Shown: positions 17,140 through 29,077, counted from the stretch's first letter. The stretch: 64,000 nt of DNA from an uncultured Nitrososphaerota archaeon (GCA_963718895.1 CAVRAG010000007.1:256001-320000), one strand, 5' to 3'. A program made the numbers and translations. Notes: generated by a model not told the origin, from the sequence alone.

Positions 17140-19309
17140 CTAGACGAAGAGAGCGTAGAGCACTATGGCGGCGACGAAGACGATCGAGATTGTGTTGAGC
17201 ACCTTGATCAACGAGTTGATCGCCGGGCCCGCCGTGTCCTTGAACGGGTCGCCCACGGTGTCTCCCATGACAGCGGCCGCGTGAACGGGGGTCTTCTTCC
17301 CCCCGAGGTTTCCCAGCTCTATGTACTTCTTGGCGTTGTCCCAGGCGGCGCCGCCGTTCGTCATCATGAAGGCGAGGAAGACGCCGGTTATGACGCTCCC
17401 TATCAGCAGGCCTCCCAGAGCGACCGGCCCCAGGATGAATCCGACCAGCAGAGGGCTGACCACGGCCAGCAGCGCGGGCTTGGCGAGCTCCCTGAGCGCC
17501 GCAGTCGTGCTGATGTCGACGCACTTGGCGTAGTCGGGTTTCCCGGTGCCGTCCATTATGCCCGGGATCTCCCTGAACTGTCTGCCGGACCTCGTTCACC
17601 ATCTCGATCGCAGCCCGGCCGACGGCCTGGATGAGGAAGCTGGAGAAGTAGAACGGGAAGGAGGCTGCCGATGAACAGCCCGATTATCACCCTCGGGTCG
17701 GACAGGGCGAAAATCAGTGTCATCCCGCTGGTCAGTCCGTACTTTGCCATGAGGCTGGCGTTGCCCGTGATCTGGTTGTTCACCTCGCTCTGGAACGCGA
17801 AGAAGATTGCCACCGCAGCCAGCGCGGCCGAGGTGACCGCGAACGCCTTGGTCGTCGCCTTGGTAGTGTTCCCGACCGCGTCGAGTTCGTCCGTGACCTC
17901 CCTGACCCCGCTCTCCAGGCCGGCCATCTCTACGATTCCGTTGGCGTTGTCCGTGATCGGCCCGAAAGAGTCGATAGACATGATGATCCCCGTCAGCGAG
18001 AGCTCGGCCATGGTCGCCACGGCGGTGCTGTACACGCCGAAGAGCATGCTCTGGCCCGAGGCGTAGTAGCCGATGAAGTAGGAGAGCGCTATGGCCAGGA
18101 CGAGCACGAGTGCTGAAGGAGCGGTGCTCTGCAGGCCCGTCGAGAAGCCGGCCAGGAAGTTCGTGGCCGGGCCCGTCTGGCTCGCCTCGGCGATGAACTT
18201 CACGGGCCTGTACCTGTACGACGTGAAGTAGTCGGCGACCCTCTCGATGACGATGACGACTATGACACCGACGACCGCGCTCGCGAGGAGAGCGTATCCG
18301 AGCGTGCTCCCGGCGAAGACCGACTCGGAGATCACTCCGTCGATCGCTATGGCGATCACTGCCGAGATAATCAGCGCGATGTTGAGCGACCCCATCGGGT
18401 CCTTCTTGATCGACTTTCGGATGTAGAGACCGCCGAGTATGGAGCCGATTATGCCCGACGCCCCGAGGAGGAGCGGATAGACGAGCAGCTGGTTCGAGGT
18501 GATGAGCGAGGTGAGGGAACCGAACTTGGCCGGGTCCGACGCCGCCGAACTTGTAATCAAAGCCGCGAGTATCAACGCCGCGATCGAGGTGACCACGAAC
18601 GACTCGTAGACGTCGGCCCCCATCCCGGCGCAGTCCCCTACGTTGTCGCCGACGTTGTCCGCTATCACGGCCGGGTTCCTCGGGTCGTCCTCGGGTATTC
18701 CGCCTCGGCCTTGCCGACGAGGTCCGCCCCCACGTCAGCCGCTTTGGTGTAGATGCCGCCGGAGACCCTCATGAACATGGCGATGAGGGAAGCGCCGAAC
18801 CCCAGACCCGCGATGACGTGCGGGCGTGGACACGATGATCGACTGGTATGCGATGTAGAACAGCGACACGCCGAGTAGCCCGAACCCGACGACGGCCATG
18901 CCCATCACGCCCCCGCCCCTGAATGCGAGGGTGAGCGCGGGCCCCGAGCCCATTCCTCGCCGCCTGCGCGGTCCTGGAGCTCGTCCTGACCGTCGTCGGC
19001 CATCCCGATGTATCCGGCTATCGCCGAGAGAGCTGCTCCGACGAGGAAGCCGATCGACGTGACCCCTCCGGTCTTCAGTGGGATGTCGATGAAGACGTAG
19101 ATGAGTATCGAGATCGCGATCGCCACGGGCGCTATCACGGTGTACTCTCTTCGAAGGAACGCGTTGGCGCCGATCCGAACCGCCGTCGCTATCTCGGTCA
19201 TCTTCGGAGTTCCGGGGTCCTGTCTCCTGACGGAGAGGAAGAGGGCGAGCGAGTAGATGAGCGCTACCGCCGCGATGCCGGCGGTTATGACTCCATAATC
19301 GGTGGGCAA
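17140..19309 (-). CDS. hppA: Membrane H+-translocating pyrophosphatase, K+-independent type (several frameshifts)
   Basis: [47 protein letters not shown] across frameshifted pieces. Confidence 0.93.
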
Positions 19310-19388
19310 ATCGGTTTTGTCGACCTTGGCTCCCGTGGGATTTGGGAACCCGTTATAAACAGTAGGGCGCGCGCCGCGTCCAGACTCG

Positions 19389-20337
<949 letters not shown>

Positions 20338-20507
20338 GGGAACAAGCGTCCGCGCCCTCCCACGATTTTTAAAGGGTTGGGTGGAGCACACTTTCGGGGA
20401 ACCCGCCCCTCCCCGCCAGCCGAGGAGGACGCATCGGCAACGCACCTGCTCGCGGTAGTCGTCCGTGGCCGAGCCAGTGGATTAGTCCTTGTCCGTGTCA
20501 ACTCTCC

Positions 20508-21509
20508 ATGTTAAACTCTGAGTATCTCGAAGGATGCACCCAATGCCTTGGCCGGATAGTCGATGCTGGCGACGAGCTGGTCTGCTCGTCGTGTGGAATC
20601 GTGACACCCAAGGAGGTGGTCGAGACAGTCGAGGAGAGGGCGCCCCACGCCGCGGACTACACGAACCACTCGCTCGGCAGCTACATGGGCCCGCTGGAGT
20701 TCGGCTACGAAGAGATGAACTCGAGAGGCCTCTCGGCCTCCCCTTCCACGTACAAGTACCTCAAGACCCTGTCTGACTTCTCGTGCAGGAAGGGCGTCGC
20801 GGTCTACAACTGTGCCAAGCTGATGGAGCGGGTCTGCGAGAAGCTCGAGCTCCCGGGGACCGTCGTTGGGGAATCGGTTGCGATCGCGAAGAGCGTGATG
20901 GAGATGAGGGAGGGGCACGGAGAGATCACGCTGGCGGCGGTCTCTGCGTTCGCCATCATCAACGCGTGCAAGAGGCAGAGGGTGACGAGCGTCGGAGTGA
21001 GGGAGATCATGGACGCGCACAGGAACCTCGGATACCGCGTGAAGGCGTCGATCATCATCCAGATCTCCATAGACTCCCCCGTGAGGACCGGTCCGAGGAT
21101 GGCCGAGGAGTACCTCGGGAACGTCCTCGTCCACCTGCAGCAGCGACTCACGGAGGACGGAGCGGTCCCCACGGGCTACTTCAACGCGCTCTACGAGGCG
21201 GCGAGGATAGCGCTCGAGAACACCGACGGTCCCTCAAGGGGAGGGCACAACCCCCGGGCGCTCGCCGCGACCGCCGTCTACGCCGGTGAGATGGCGCTCT
21301 CAGTAGCCGAAGAGAGGAAGAGGATCATCTCCCAGAGGGAGATAGCTGCCTGCGTCGGTGTCGCCGAGTACACCGTGAGGGAGCAGTTCGTCGAGATATT
21401 CAGGCCGAGGATGGAGGAGATCCAGCGTTCACTGAGGTCGCGAGGGAGCCCTCGCCCACAACCGTCAGCTGAAATGGTCCCGATACCCCTTCAAGCCCGC
21501 TCTCCGTAG
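20508..21509 (+). CDS. Divergent transcription initiation factor IIB (TFB) paralog
   Basis: CxxC...CSSCG Zn ribbon, cyclin repeats, GHNPRALAA, ISQREIA...GVAEYTVR. Confidence 0.8.
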   Translation: MLNSEYLEGCTQCLGRIVDAGDELVCSSCGIVTPKEVVETVEERAPHAADYTNHSLGSYMGPLEFGYEEMNSRGLSASPSTYKYLKTLSDFSCRKGVAVYNCAKLMERVCEKLELPGTVVGESVAIAKSVMEMREGHGEITLAAVSAFAIINACKRQRVTSVGVREIMDAHRNLGYRVKASIIIQISIDSPVRTGPRMAEEYLGNVLVHLQQRLTEDGAVPTGYFNALYEAARIALENTDGPSRGGHNPRALAATAVYAGEMALSVAEERKRIISQREIAACVGVAEYTVREQFVEIFRPRMEEIQRSLRSRGSPRPQPSAEMVPIPLQARSP

Positions 21510-22206
21510 TCGAGATCCAGTAGTCGACCGAACACCCCGAAGGTGCGGGGGTCGCCGAGGCTCCCACCGAGTAGGAAGCCAGCAGAGGGTAGCTGGAATC
21601 CGCGGCCCCGACTGCGCTGTCGACCCCCGTGGAGTTGCAGGACTGGAGCGAGGCTAGGGCGCCGCCTAGGTCCGACAGTGCGCCAAGGCAGTCTGAGATG
21701 ATGGAGGCGAGGGGGATCGGGAGATGCGCCGCTTCGGTCGCCTGCACCGAGTATGACGGCAGGCCGCCGTCGTAGGATTCTTCCATCGTCGTCCGGATTT
21801 CCAGGTTGAGATCCCCGGCTTCGAAGCCGCCGAACTGGGCGACGCCTGCGGAGCCGCCGCCCGAGGTCGGAGCGGGGGCGTAGGACCACGAGGTACCGGC
21901 GGTATAGGATATCCCCTCGTCGACCCCGGAGTCACGCTGACTCCCAGCCATGGAGTCCAGATAGGGTTCAGGAGAGGTGCAGTCGAGGGGGTTCGACTGG
22001 AGATACCCCTCGGCTCCGGCGAGGGACGCGTAGGCCGAGAGGCCGAGGAGGACTTCGCTGTAGGCTCGCTCCCTCACCTGGACGGCCGAGAGGACTGCTG
22101 CACCGAGACTGCTGTTCTCAGAAGAGTATAGGGCGGAATTGGCCACGAGGAGGGAAGTGAAGATCACGAAGGAGATCAGGGTGGCGGCTACGGCGCTTCG
22201 ACCCAT
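21400..22206 (-). CDS. Pilin-like/secreted protein with class III-like signal (MGRSA|VAAT)
   Basis: Short basic N-terminus plus hydrophobic helix, S/G/C-rich extracellular part. Confidence 0.65.
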   Translation of the reverse strand: MGRSAVAATLISFVIFTSLLVANSALYSSENSSLGAAVLSAVQVRERAYSEVLLGLSAYASLAGAEGYLQSNPLDCTSPEPYLDSMAGSQRDSGVDEGISYTAGTSWSYAPAPTSGGGSAGVAQFGGFEAGDLNLEIRTTMEESYDGGLPSYSVQATEAAHLPIPLASIISDCLGALSDLGGALASLQSCNSTGVDSAVGAADSSYPLLASYSVGASATPAPSGCSVDYWISTTESGLEGVSGPFQLTVVGEGSLATSVNAGSPPSSA

Positions 22207-22547
22207 GCCTCTATCTCCATCTGATTGCCCGAGACCGAGAACCCGAAGCTGGAAGAGCCGAGAAACTGCTGCGGGGCGGGACCGCACGGGACCCCGTTGA
22301 TCGTCCCACCGAGGACGACCGTCTGATTGTCCGATTCCCGGAGCGACTCGCAGAACTGAGAGTGAGTCGCGGTCGCGAGAAAGGGAAGCCCCACGCTCTG
22401 AACGTATTGGGCCACCGCTGAGCTCGCACGGGCATCCGATAGGGCGGCCACCGCGGACCCCTCGACTGGATAGGGGTTCAGCACAGCGATCAAGGACACG
22501 CAGAGGATCGCGTATCCAGCGGCCACTGCGATGTCGAGTATTCTCAT
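22188..22547 (-). CDS. Pilin-like small membrane-anchored protein
   Basis: N-terminal hydrophobic helix, Cys pair, coupled to neighbours. Confidence 0.6.
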   Translation of the reverse strand: MRILDIAVAAGYAILCVSLIAVLNPYPVEGSAVAALSDARASSAVAQYVQSVGLPFLATATHSQFCESLRESDNQTVVLGGTINGVPCGPAPQQFLGSSSFGFSVSGNQMEIEAWVEAP

Positions 22548-22549
22548 CT

Positions 22550-22663
22550 TCAGGCTCCTGCGTGGGAAGCGACTAGGGAGAGACAGACCACGGCGAGCAC
22601 AAGGATGAGGACGAAGGCGAGGGCCACGTCGATGTACAGGTCGATGAACCCTCGTCTACGCAA
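22550..22663 (-). CDS. 37-aa mini-pilin with class III signal peptide
   Basis: MRRRG|FIDLYIDVALAFVLILVLAVVCLSLVASHAGA; start overlaps the upstream stop, ends 2 nt before the next ATG. Confidence 0.7.
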   Translation of the reverse strand: MRRRGFIDLYIDVALAFVLILVLAVVCLSLVASHAGA

Positions 22664-23027
22664 ACTCGAGCGAGCCTCCTTCAAGTTCGACCACGTACCC
22701 ACGATCTGACGAGAGGACGGAGCCCGGCAGCGTCCAGATCACATCCTCGCGGGCCGACGAGCCGTCGACAGTCGCCGTCACGCTCCGTCCGGAGAGAGCA
22801 ACGGATATGTCGACCCCTGGGAATGACCCGAACCTCAGCACTGTCGTCATCCCGGGCGAGAGCGCGTCTATCTGGCCAGCGATGCTCTCGGCCAGGTGCT
22901 TCGCGGCCGCAAGGTCCGCGTCACCATAGGCCGTCCTAACGGGGGGGATCAGAATCCCGAGCAGGAGGAGCATGGAGGCGAAGTAGACGGATGTGGAGAG
23001 CGCACCCGACAGGCTCGAGACAGGCAT
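22656..23027 (-). CDS. Minor pilin-like protein
   Basis: Hydrophobic N-terminal helix then amphipathic helix (AKHLAESIAGQID) and beta strands. Confidence 0.6.
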   Translation of the reverse strand: MPVSSLSGALSTSVYFASMLLLLGILIPPVRTAYGDADLAAAKHLAESIAGQIDALSPGMTTVLRFGSFPGVDISVALSGRSVTATVDGSSAREDVIWTLPGSVLSSDRGYVVELEGGSLEFA

Positions 23028-23389
23028 CAGCTCTCGACCTTCAACTCCAGACCGTCAGGGCCCCGGCTGAAGGCCAGCGTGCAGAGGCAGGATACGCCGT
23101 CGAGGTTGAAGCTGCACGGGTATCCCACAGCCGTCGAGAGGTTTGAACCTCCCGAGGAGAATCTCAAGATCCCCTGCGAGCAGGATATCGAGGCCCCGGA
23201 GAGCGGCAGGATCACTGTCGCGTTCCCGTTCAGGGCGGCAAGGCTAGCTGCACCTGCGATTTCGTCCATCTGGGCCTTGGCCTGGGTCTGATCCATTATC
23301 GGAAGTGAGCCTCCGAGGATCAGGATGCTGAAGGCAGAGAGGGAGACCGTCACTGCGAAGACTAGGACATACTCTATCAGTTCGACCAT
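23027..23389 (-). CDS. Minor pilin-like protein
   Basis: MVELIEYVLVFAV.. pilin-like N-terminus with conserved Glu; start may be further upstream. Confidence 0.6.
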   Translation of the reverse strand: MVELIEYVLVFAVTVSLSAFSILILGGSLPIMDQTQAKAQMDEIAGAASLAALNGNATVILPLSGASISCSQGILRFSSGGSNLSTAVGYPCSFNLDGVSCLCTLAFSRGPDGLELKVES

Positions 23390-23467
23390 CTTTGACCAGA
23401 CAGATACCTCCCCGCCCGTTTTAAGCGGCAACCCCGTGGTGGTTTAGTACCTGCGGCGGGTATCCGT

Positions 23468-24925
23468 GTGATGGAAGGCCCGATCACAAGGACGATCCAA
23501 AGGATCGCAGGGAAGAAGAGGGGCGCTGTCCGATCCCAGCCCCTCCTCCTGGAACTCTTCCAGGAAACGGGTGGAGACGAGGCCGAGACCTACAGCATCC
23601 CTCCGTTCGTCTTCACAATCAAGAGGGAGGACGGGAGGATGAACTACCAGGCGGTCCCCGACTTGTCACCGAGGGAGCTCGTGAGGCTGCGGGAGACGGT
23701 CGCCGAGGTTAGCGCCGGGCTCAGGCCGTCCGCTCTGAACCCCCTTACCTTCACCGGACTCGTCGAGACGCTCAGCCAGGCGGGAGCGGGGTGCCTTGCG
23801 ACGATCGGTGACACCGACAGGGTGAGGATCCTCTCCAGGCTCGCCGCATTCGAGGCGGTCGGTATCCCCACGGTCTACTGCCTCTCCCTGGACGATTCGG
23901 TCTCGGAGTTCTACGTCGACTCTCCGGGGACCCCGATCTACCTGGACCACGCCAAGTACGGGAGGTGCGAGACCCAGTTGACCCTCACGGAGAGGGAGAG
24001 GAAGGCGGTGGAGACTCATATGGACACGTTCAAGGGATACACCATCGACTTCTCGAACCCCTCCCTGAAGAACGAGTTTGACATCTTCGGTCACCGGCTC
24101 CGGGTCTCACTCGACCTCTCCCCGCTCGCCGTCAGCTCATTCTCGCTGGACGTCAGGAAGCTGACCTCGAGCGAGTTGACGCTGGTGGACCTGGTCCGCG
24201 GGAACGTCCTCTCGGCCGAATCGGCGTCCTTCCTGTTGGCCGCGCTCGACCTCGGGATGAACGTCACCATCGTCGGGGAGACGGGGACCGGCAAGACGAC
24301 TCTCCTCAACGCGCTGGACGAGGCGATGAACCCTCGGCTCAGGAGGATCTACGTCGAGGACGCGGTCGAGACCAAGGACATGCTCGCCAGGGGCTACCAC
24401 CAGATGAAGCTGAAGGTCGATCCTTTCGAGAGAGGGGCCGAGAGCTCTCGGACGAAATCCATCGAGATCACAAAGATCCTTCACCGGTCCCCCGATGTGG
24501 TGATCCTGGGGGAAATCCAGTCGGAGGAGCACAGCAAGGCGTTCTTCCACGCGCTCTCGGCGGGGATAAGGGGCCTGCAGACCTTCCACGCGTCATCCAC
24601 GACCCAGGCGGTCAGGAGGTGGAGGGAGATGCACGGGATCTCGAAGACCAACCTACTTGACCTTGACGTCCTGGTCCAGATGGCGCGGCCGGAGAGGCTG
24701 GGGTCATCCAGGCAGGTATTCGGGATAAGCCTGGTGGTCGAAGAGGAGGGTGAGGCCAGGCTCCGGGAGCTCTACTCGAGGGGCAAGGACGCGCACCTCC
24801 AGCGCATCGTCTCATGGGACAGGCTGCAGATCCGTCGGCCCACCTACACGAGGGAAGAGCTCCTCCAGAACCTGGAGCGGATCCAAGCAGCGATAGAAGA
24901 CCGCGTCGTTAGGGTGAGCAGATGA
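23468..24925 (+). CDS. Type II/IV secretion (VirB11/TadA/ArlI-like) assembly ATPase
   Basis: GETGTGKT, VED..E Asp box, SPDVVILGE, TFHA His box. Confidence 0.9.
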   Translation: MMEGPITRTIQRIAGKKRGAVRSQPLLLELFQETGGDEAETYSIPPFVFTIKREDGRMNYQAVPDLSPRELVRLRETVAEVSAGLRPSALNPLTFTGLVETLSQAGAGCLATIGDTDRVRILSRLAAFEAVGIPTVYCLSLDDSVSEFYVDSPGTPIYLDHAKYGRCETQLTLTERERKAVETHMDTFKGYTIDFSNPSLKNEFDIFGHRLRVSLDLSPLAVSSFSLDVRKLTSSELTLVDLVRGNVLSAESASFLLAALDLGMNVTIVGETGTGKTTLLNALDEAMNPRLRRIYVEDAVETKDMLARGYHQMKLKVDPFERGAESSRTKSIEITKILHRSPDVVILGEIQSEEHSKAFFHALSAGIRGLQTFHASSTTQAVRRWREMHGISKTNLLDLDVLVQMARPERLGSSRQVFGISLVVEEEGEARLRELYSRGKDAHLQRIVSWDRLQIRRPTYTREELLQNLERIQAAIEDRVVRVSR

Positions 24926-25626
24926 AGACCAACTCGTGGGATGCGCTCGGACTCGACCGAAGACGCATGTCATTCTTGGTGGTCCTTGTGTCGAGCTTGG
25001 TGGGCTCGGCGGTCGTCCTGGTTACATACCATCTTCTCGGACAGCTGGCCGTCGTGCTGGGGGCGATCGTCGCTCTCGGTTCAGGATACGCCTTGGCGGC
25101 TCTACCACGAAGGTCGGTCGAGAGGTCGGCCATTCGCCAGGCGGGAGAATCGCCAGCGCTCGCAGCGGCGGCCTCCGTCTATCTGCAGAGCTCCGGATCC
25201 AAGAGCAAGACCCTCCTGATGCTCCAGTCGGAGGAGCCGAGGCTCTCCGCGCTTCTGAGTGAACTGAGGAGGGACATGTTGCTCGGGATCGACCCGGCCG
25301 AGACATATGCGAGGATGGGAGGGAGGACGGAGTCGGAGTCGGTATCCAAGATCCTTGGCTCGGTCGTCAGGGCACAGGGCGAGAGGCTGGCCGACGAGGG
25401 AGAGGAGCTCGAGGGGATAGTCAACGGGTCGCTCTCGAGGGAAGAGACCAAGTTCCCGGTCTTCCTGACGATCTCGTTCTTCCTGCCCATAATGCTGATG
25501 CTTCTGGCCGCCCTCGGCCACCACACGGACCCCGTCTCCATCGTCAGCCTGACCTTCTTGGAGGTCGTCATCCTGGACCTGGCACTGACGCTCTCTTCCA
25601 CCGAACGGGCGAGGCTCGCCGCATGA
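24922..25626 (+). CDS. TadB/TadC-like membrane platform protein
   Basis: Multiple TM helices, soluble 'LLGIDP.E' segment, coupled to the ATPase. Confidence 0.65.
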   Translation: MKTNSWDALGLDRRRMSFLVVLVSSLVGSAVVLVTYHLLGQLAVVLGAIVALGSGYALAALPRRSVERSAIRQAGESPALAAAASVYLQSSGSKSKTLLMLQSEEPRLSALLSELRRDMLLGIDPAETYARMGGRTESESVSKILGSVVRAQGERLADEGEELEGIVNGSLSREETKFPVFLTISFFLPIMLMLLAALGHHTDPVSIVSLTFLEVVILDLALTLSSTERARLAA

Positions 25627-26238
25627 GCTCGCCGGACCTAGGGCGATTGGCGAAGCTCAGACAGGTGCTCAGGCTCGCGGCCCACGGAAAGGGAATAGCC
25701 GCCTCGATCGTCGAGGCGTTCCGAGAGAGCAAGATCGAGGAGGAACGGGAGATGGTGAGACGGATACTCCTGGGGATCCCGGTCGAGCAGTCCGTTGCAG
25801 GACTCGTGTCGAGGGACGACCGCTCGCGGGACGTCCTGCTCTACGTCGTGAACCAGGCGAAGGTGAACGCCGTCGAGGCGAGCAGGAGGGCGGACAAGCT
25901 CTCTTCACTCTTCGAGCACTGGGTCTGGATGAAGAAGCAGCGCGTAGTCGAGCAGAGGATCATGGAGACGAGGAGCATTCTTGTCTCGGGAATACTCGGA
26001 GGAGTCACCGCGATGATCTCAGCCCTCGCTCCGGTCCTGGCCACGTTCCAGCTCACGCTGGGCGACGCCACCACCTCCGACCAGCCCTGTCTACCTCGGC
26101 ATCCTCTTCGTCATCCCGGCGGCATCTTTTCTCGGGTTCTTCTTCTCTCCTGGGAGAGCCTATGTGAACGTGATCGTCTCCGTGCTCGCGTTCTCTCTGG
26201 TGAGCTACTTCTTCACACCGCTCATCGTCGGCTTCTGA
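25623..26238 (+). CDS. TadC-like membrane platform protein (frameshift near 26080)
   Basis: RRILLG.PVE segment; C-terminal TMs continue in an alternative frame to TGA 26238. Confidence 0.6.
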
Positions 26239-26277
26239 CAGGTTGGAGGTTAAATATCTCGTCGGCATAATGGTTCA

Positions 26278-26493
26278 ATGATCGAGCGTATCTTCAAGAG
26301 GCTGAGAAAAGACAGGAGGGCTGCGCAGCTGATCGAGGAGGCTCTCCTCCTCTCGGTCGCGCTCGTGGCGCTGTCGCTGCTGGTGGGCGGGATCGACTCC
26401 ATCCTGAAACAGGCCGGAGGGTTCACGTCGGGTATCTGGAGCTCAATCTCCTCGACCCTGAACAACCTCTTCAGCTCCGCGTTCCAGTGGTGA
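26278..26493 (+). CDS. Probable major pilin, class III signal peptide
   Basis: KDRRA|AQLIEEALLLSVALVAL (Q+2, E+5); own TTAAAT box. Confidence 0.8.
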   Translation: MIERIFKRLRKDRRAAQLIEEALLLSVALVALSLLVGGIDSILKQAGGFTSGIWSSISSTLNNLFSSAFQW

Positions 26494-28256
26494 ACGGGTT
26501 GGAGACCGACGAGGACGGCGGCGGAATCTTCTCCAGGATGAGGTGGAAGGTGAGGAGCTGCCTCGCCCATCAAGATAGACTCGATCGGGGTTCTCGACGA
26601 CCGCTACCTCGCCATCTCCAGGGGCGACACCTCGAGGCTCATGTCCCTGCTCAGGGTGGGGCTGGCCGAGACGGTCGACGACTCGAAGCTCGACTACTCG
26701 ACCGCGGTCAGGATCACCCTGCAGCAGCAGCGGATGAAGGGCCTGTTCGACGGGCTCCACAGGTCGAAGATACCCTTCCTCTACCTCATCATAGTCAAGC
26801 CCGCCGAGCAGGGCGACCGAGGACAACCAGGTCTTCGAGTTCGACCTCGTGGTCGGGACTTGGATGGACGTCAAGGCGAGGAAGGCCGCGGACGTCGATG
26901 TCCACCCTCGAGCAGAACACCGGGGTGCTCGCGGCGACCCTCGCCGTCGGCGTCCCCAACTCGGCCGTCAGGAGGCTCACCAGGAACGAGCTGAAGGACT
27001 TTGGGCAGGAACCTGCTCCAGCCGAGCGAGCCGAAGCTGACACAGGTGGCGGACGCCTCGACGATCAGCAGGCTGGAGTCGTTCGAGAGGCGGAGCCCCG
27101 CAGTGCAGACGGGCCAGACTGCGCCGGAGTTCTACGTCCCCAACGCCTCGGAGTCCGGGACAGAGCGGGATCCTGCTGGGCAGGGTCAGGACCCGCTCGG
27201 GCACGTCCCACGAGTTCAGGCTGCAGCTCGACGACCTCAGGAGGCACGTGGCGATCCTCGGGATGACGGGGGCCGGCAAGTCGACGAGCGCGTCGGTGAT
27301 CGTGAGGCAGGTCGCGGGGATGGGGCTGCCGCTGATGGTACTCGACTGGCACAACGAGCACTCGGACCTTATCAGGTCGATAGGCGGCCAGGTCTTCTCG
27401 CCCGGGAAGGACCAGTTCACGATCAACCCCCTCGACATGACCACCTCGACGGAGCCCGTCGAGCACATCGCCATGATGACGGACATCTTCTCCGACATCT
27501 ATCACTTCACGCACCCCCAGGCCTACATGTTCCGGAACGCGCTCCAGAGGTGCCTCGGGGAGGCCTCCGACCGCGAGGTCCCGACCCTCTCCTCGCTCGT
27601 CAAGGTCATCGAGGGCTACCCTCTGAGGTCGGCCTACGACAACGAGACGAAGGTCGCGCTCCTGAGGAGGCTCGTGCCTCTCACCGAGGGGCAGGTGGGC
27701 AGGGCCCTGAACGGACCGTCGAGCCACACCGTCGACGAGCTGCTCGACAAGGTCCTCTGCATCGAGCTGGGACAGATCAGGGACATCCAGACCAGGAGCA
27801 TCTTCGTGGACATACTGCTGAAGATCATCTACGAGCACAGGGTCAGCAAGCGAGGCAAGCTGGAGCACCTAATCGTGGTCGAGGAGGCGCAGGAACATCG
27901 CGCCGGTGAGGAGGGAGGAGGACCCGCCGAGCGTGGGCGAGAGGATGATCTCCGAGCTCCGGAAGTTCGGGGAGGCGATGGTCTTCGTCGCCCAGTTCCC
28001 CACCCAGGTCGCTTCCGAGGTGATAAAGAACTCCGGAGTCAGGATAATCCACAGGGTCTCCTGGGCGGAGGACCTGAAGCTCATCGGGGAGGCGCTCAAC
28101 CTGAACAGGGAGCAGCTGGCCCACGTCTCGAGCCTCGGGGTCGGGGAGGCTGTGGTCAGTCTGGCGAGGCTCCAGAATCCGATACTGGTTCAGGTCGAGG
28201 CGGGGTCCGTCCTCGGGGCAGAGAGGAGAGACCTCAGCTTGCTAGAGGAATCGTAG
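26490..28256 (+). CDS. HerA/VirB4-like (DUF87) DNA-translocase-family ATPase (several frameshifts)
   Basis: RHVAILGMTGAGKS, LDWHNE, INPL, LIVVEEA, ELRKFG, AQFP. Confidence 0.85.
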
Positions 28257-28813
28257 CCGAGCGTCCAGTCGATCCAAGGCGCGGACTGCGGGACTCCGGC
28301 GCGGAGGTCGCGGACGATCTTCCTCGCGAGCCGAGCGGGCTCCGCCTTGGTCGAGTCGTACTCGTGGACTCTCGACCGACCGAACCTTCGGACCGCACCG
28401 TCGAGGACGACCCCTATCAGCTCGGCTTCGACGTTCTCGAGGACCTTCTCGCTGGAGTAGCCCCTGGAGGCGAGGCGCCGCTTCAGGACGGCGGGGTCGC
28501 ACCTCAGGACGGCCACGAACTCGACGTCCGCGGGACCGAGGACGTCGGCGAGGAGGTGGCCCGAGATGACCGCGCCCGAGAGCGGACGGCCCCTGAGGGC
28601 GACGCCCAGCGCCTTCACGTCGACGACGAGCTCTCCCGACTCGCTCGCGACGGAGTGCGCACCCGCGAGTGCGTTTATCTCGAGGAGCTCACCACGGATC
28701 ATGGGGGCCAGCGCACGGGAGACCGACTTCTTCCCGGTCCCCGGGGTTCCTGTGACCCCCAACGCACCCCTTCGTCCCACGCCGGGCCGGCGTCTGCGGT
28801 CGAGTTCTCGCAC
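28190..28813 (-). CDS. Adenylate kinase 6 / Fap7 family NMP kinase
   Basis: GVTGTPGTGK, SGH, LRCDP..L..RL..RGY...KV.ENVEAE, IDW. Confidence 0.88.
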   Translation of the reverse strand: MRELDRRRRPGVGRRGALGVTGTPGTGKKSVSRALAPMIRGELLEINALAGAHSVASESGELVVDVKALGVALRGRPLSGAVISGHLLADVLGPADVEFVAVLRCDPAVLKRRLASRGYSSEKVLENVEAELIGVVLDGAVRRFGRSRVHEYDSTKAEPARLARKIVRDLRAGVPQSAPWIDWTLGYDSSSKLRSLLSAPRTDPAST

Positions 28814-28875
28814 GCGCCTGCGAAGCGTCTCTATCGCATAAATATTCGCCCTCGCCTGCGTTCCGGGGAGAGAGC

Positions 28876-29061
28876 TTGAGCGAGAAAAGGACCGATGAGA
28901 GGGACAAGGGAGAGGTCAAGCCCGAGGGAGAAGAGGAGAGCGAGGAGCTGGCCAAGGAGACCGAGGGGCAGGACCAGGAGATCAAGATCGAGAAGATAGA
29001 AGGCATGGAGACGGAGCACGAAAAGGCGAAGAGACGGAAGCGCGGAAACAACACCCAGTGA
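28876..29061 (+). CDS. Small highly charged hypothetical protein (61 aa)
   Basis: TTG start after ATAAAT box; acidic core with basic C-terminal tail. Confidence 0.55.
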   Translation: MSEKRTDERDKGEVKPEGEEESEELAKETEGQDQEIKIEKIEGMETEHEKAKRRKRGNNTQ

Positions 29062-29077
29062 GTCGAGCAGAGCAGGA

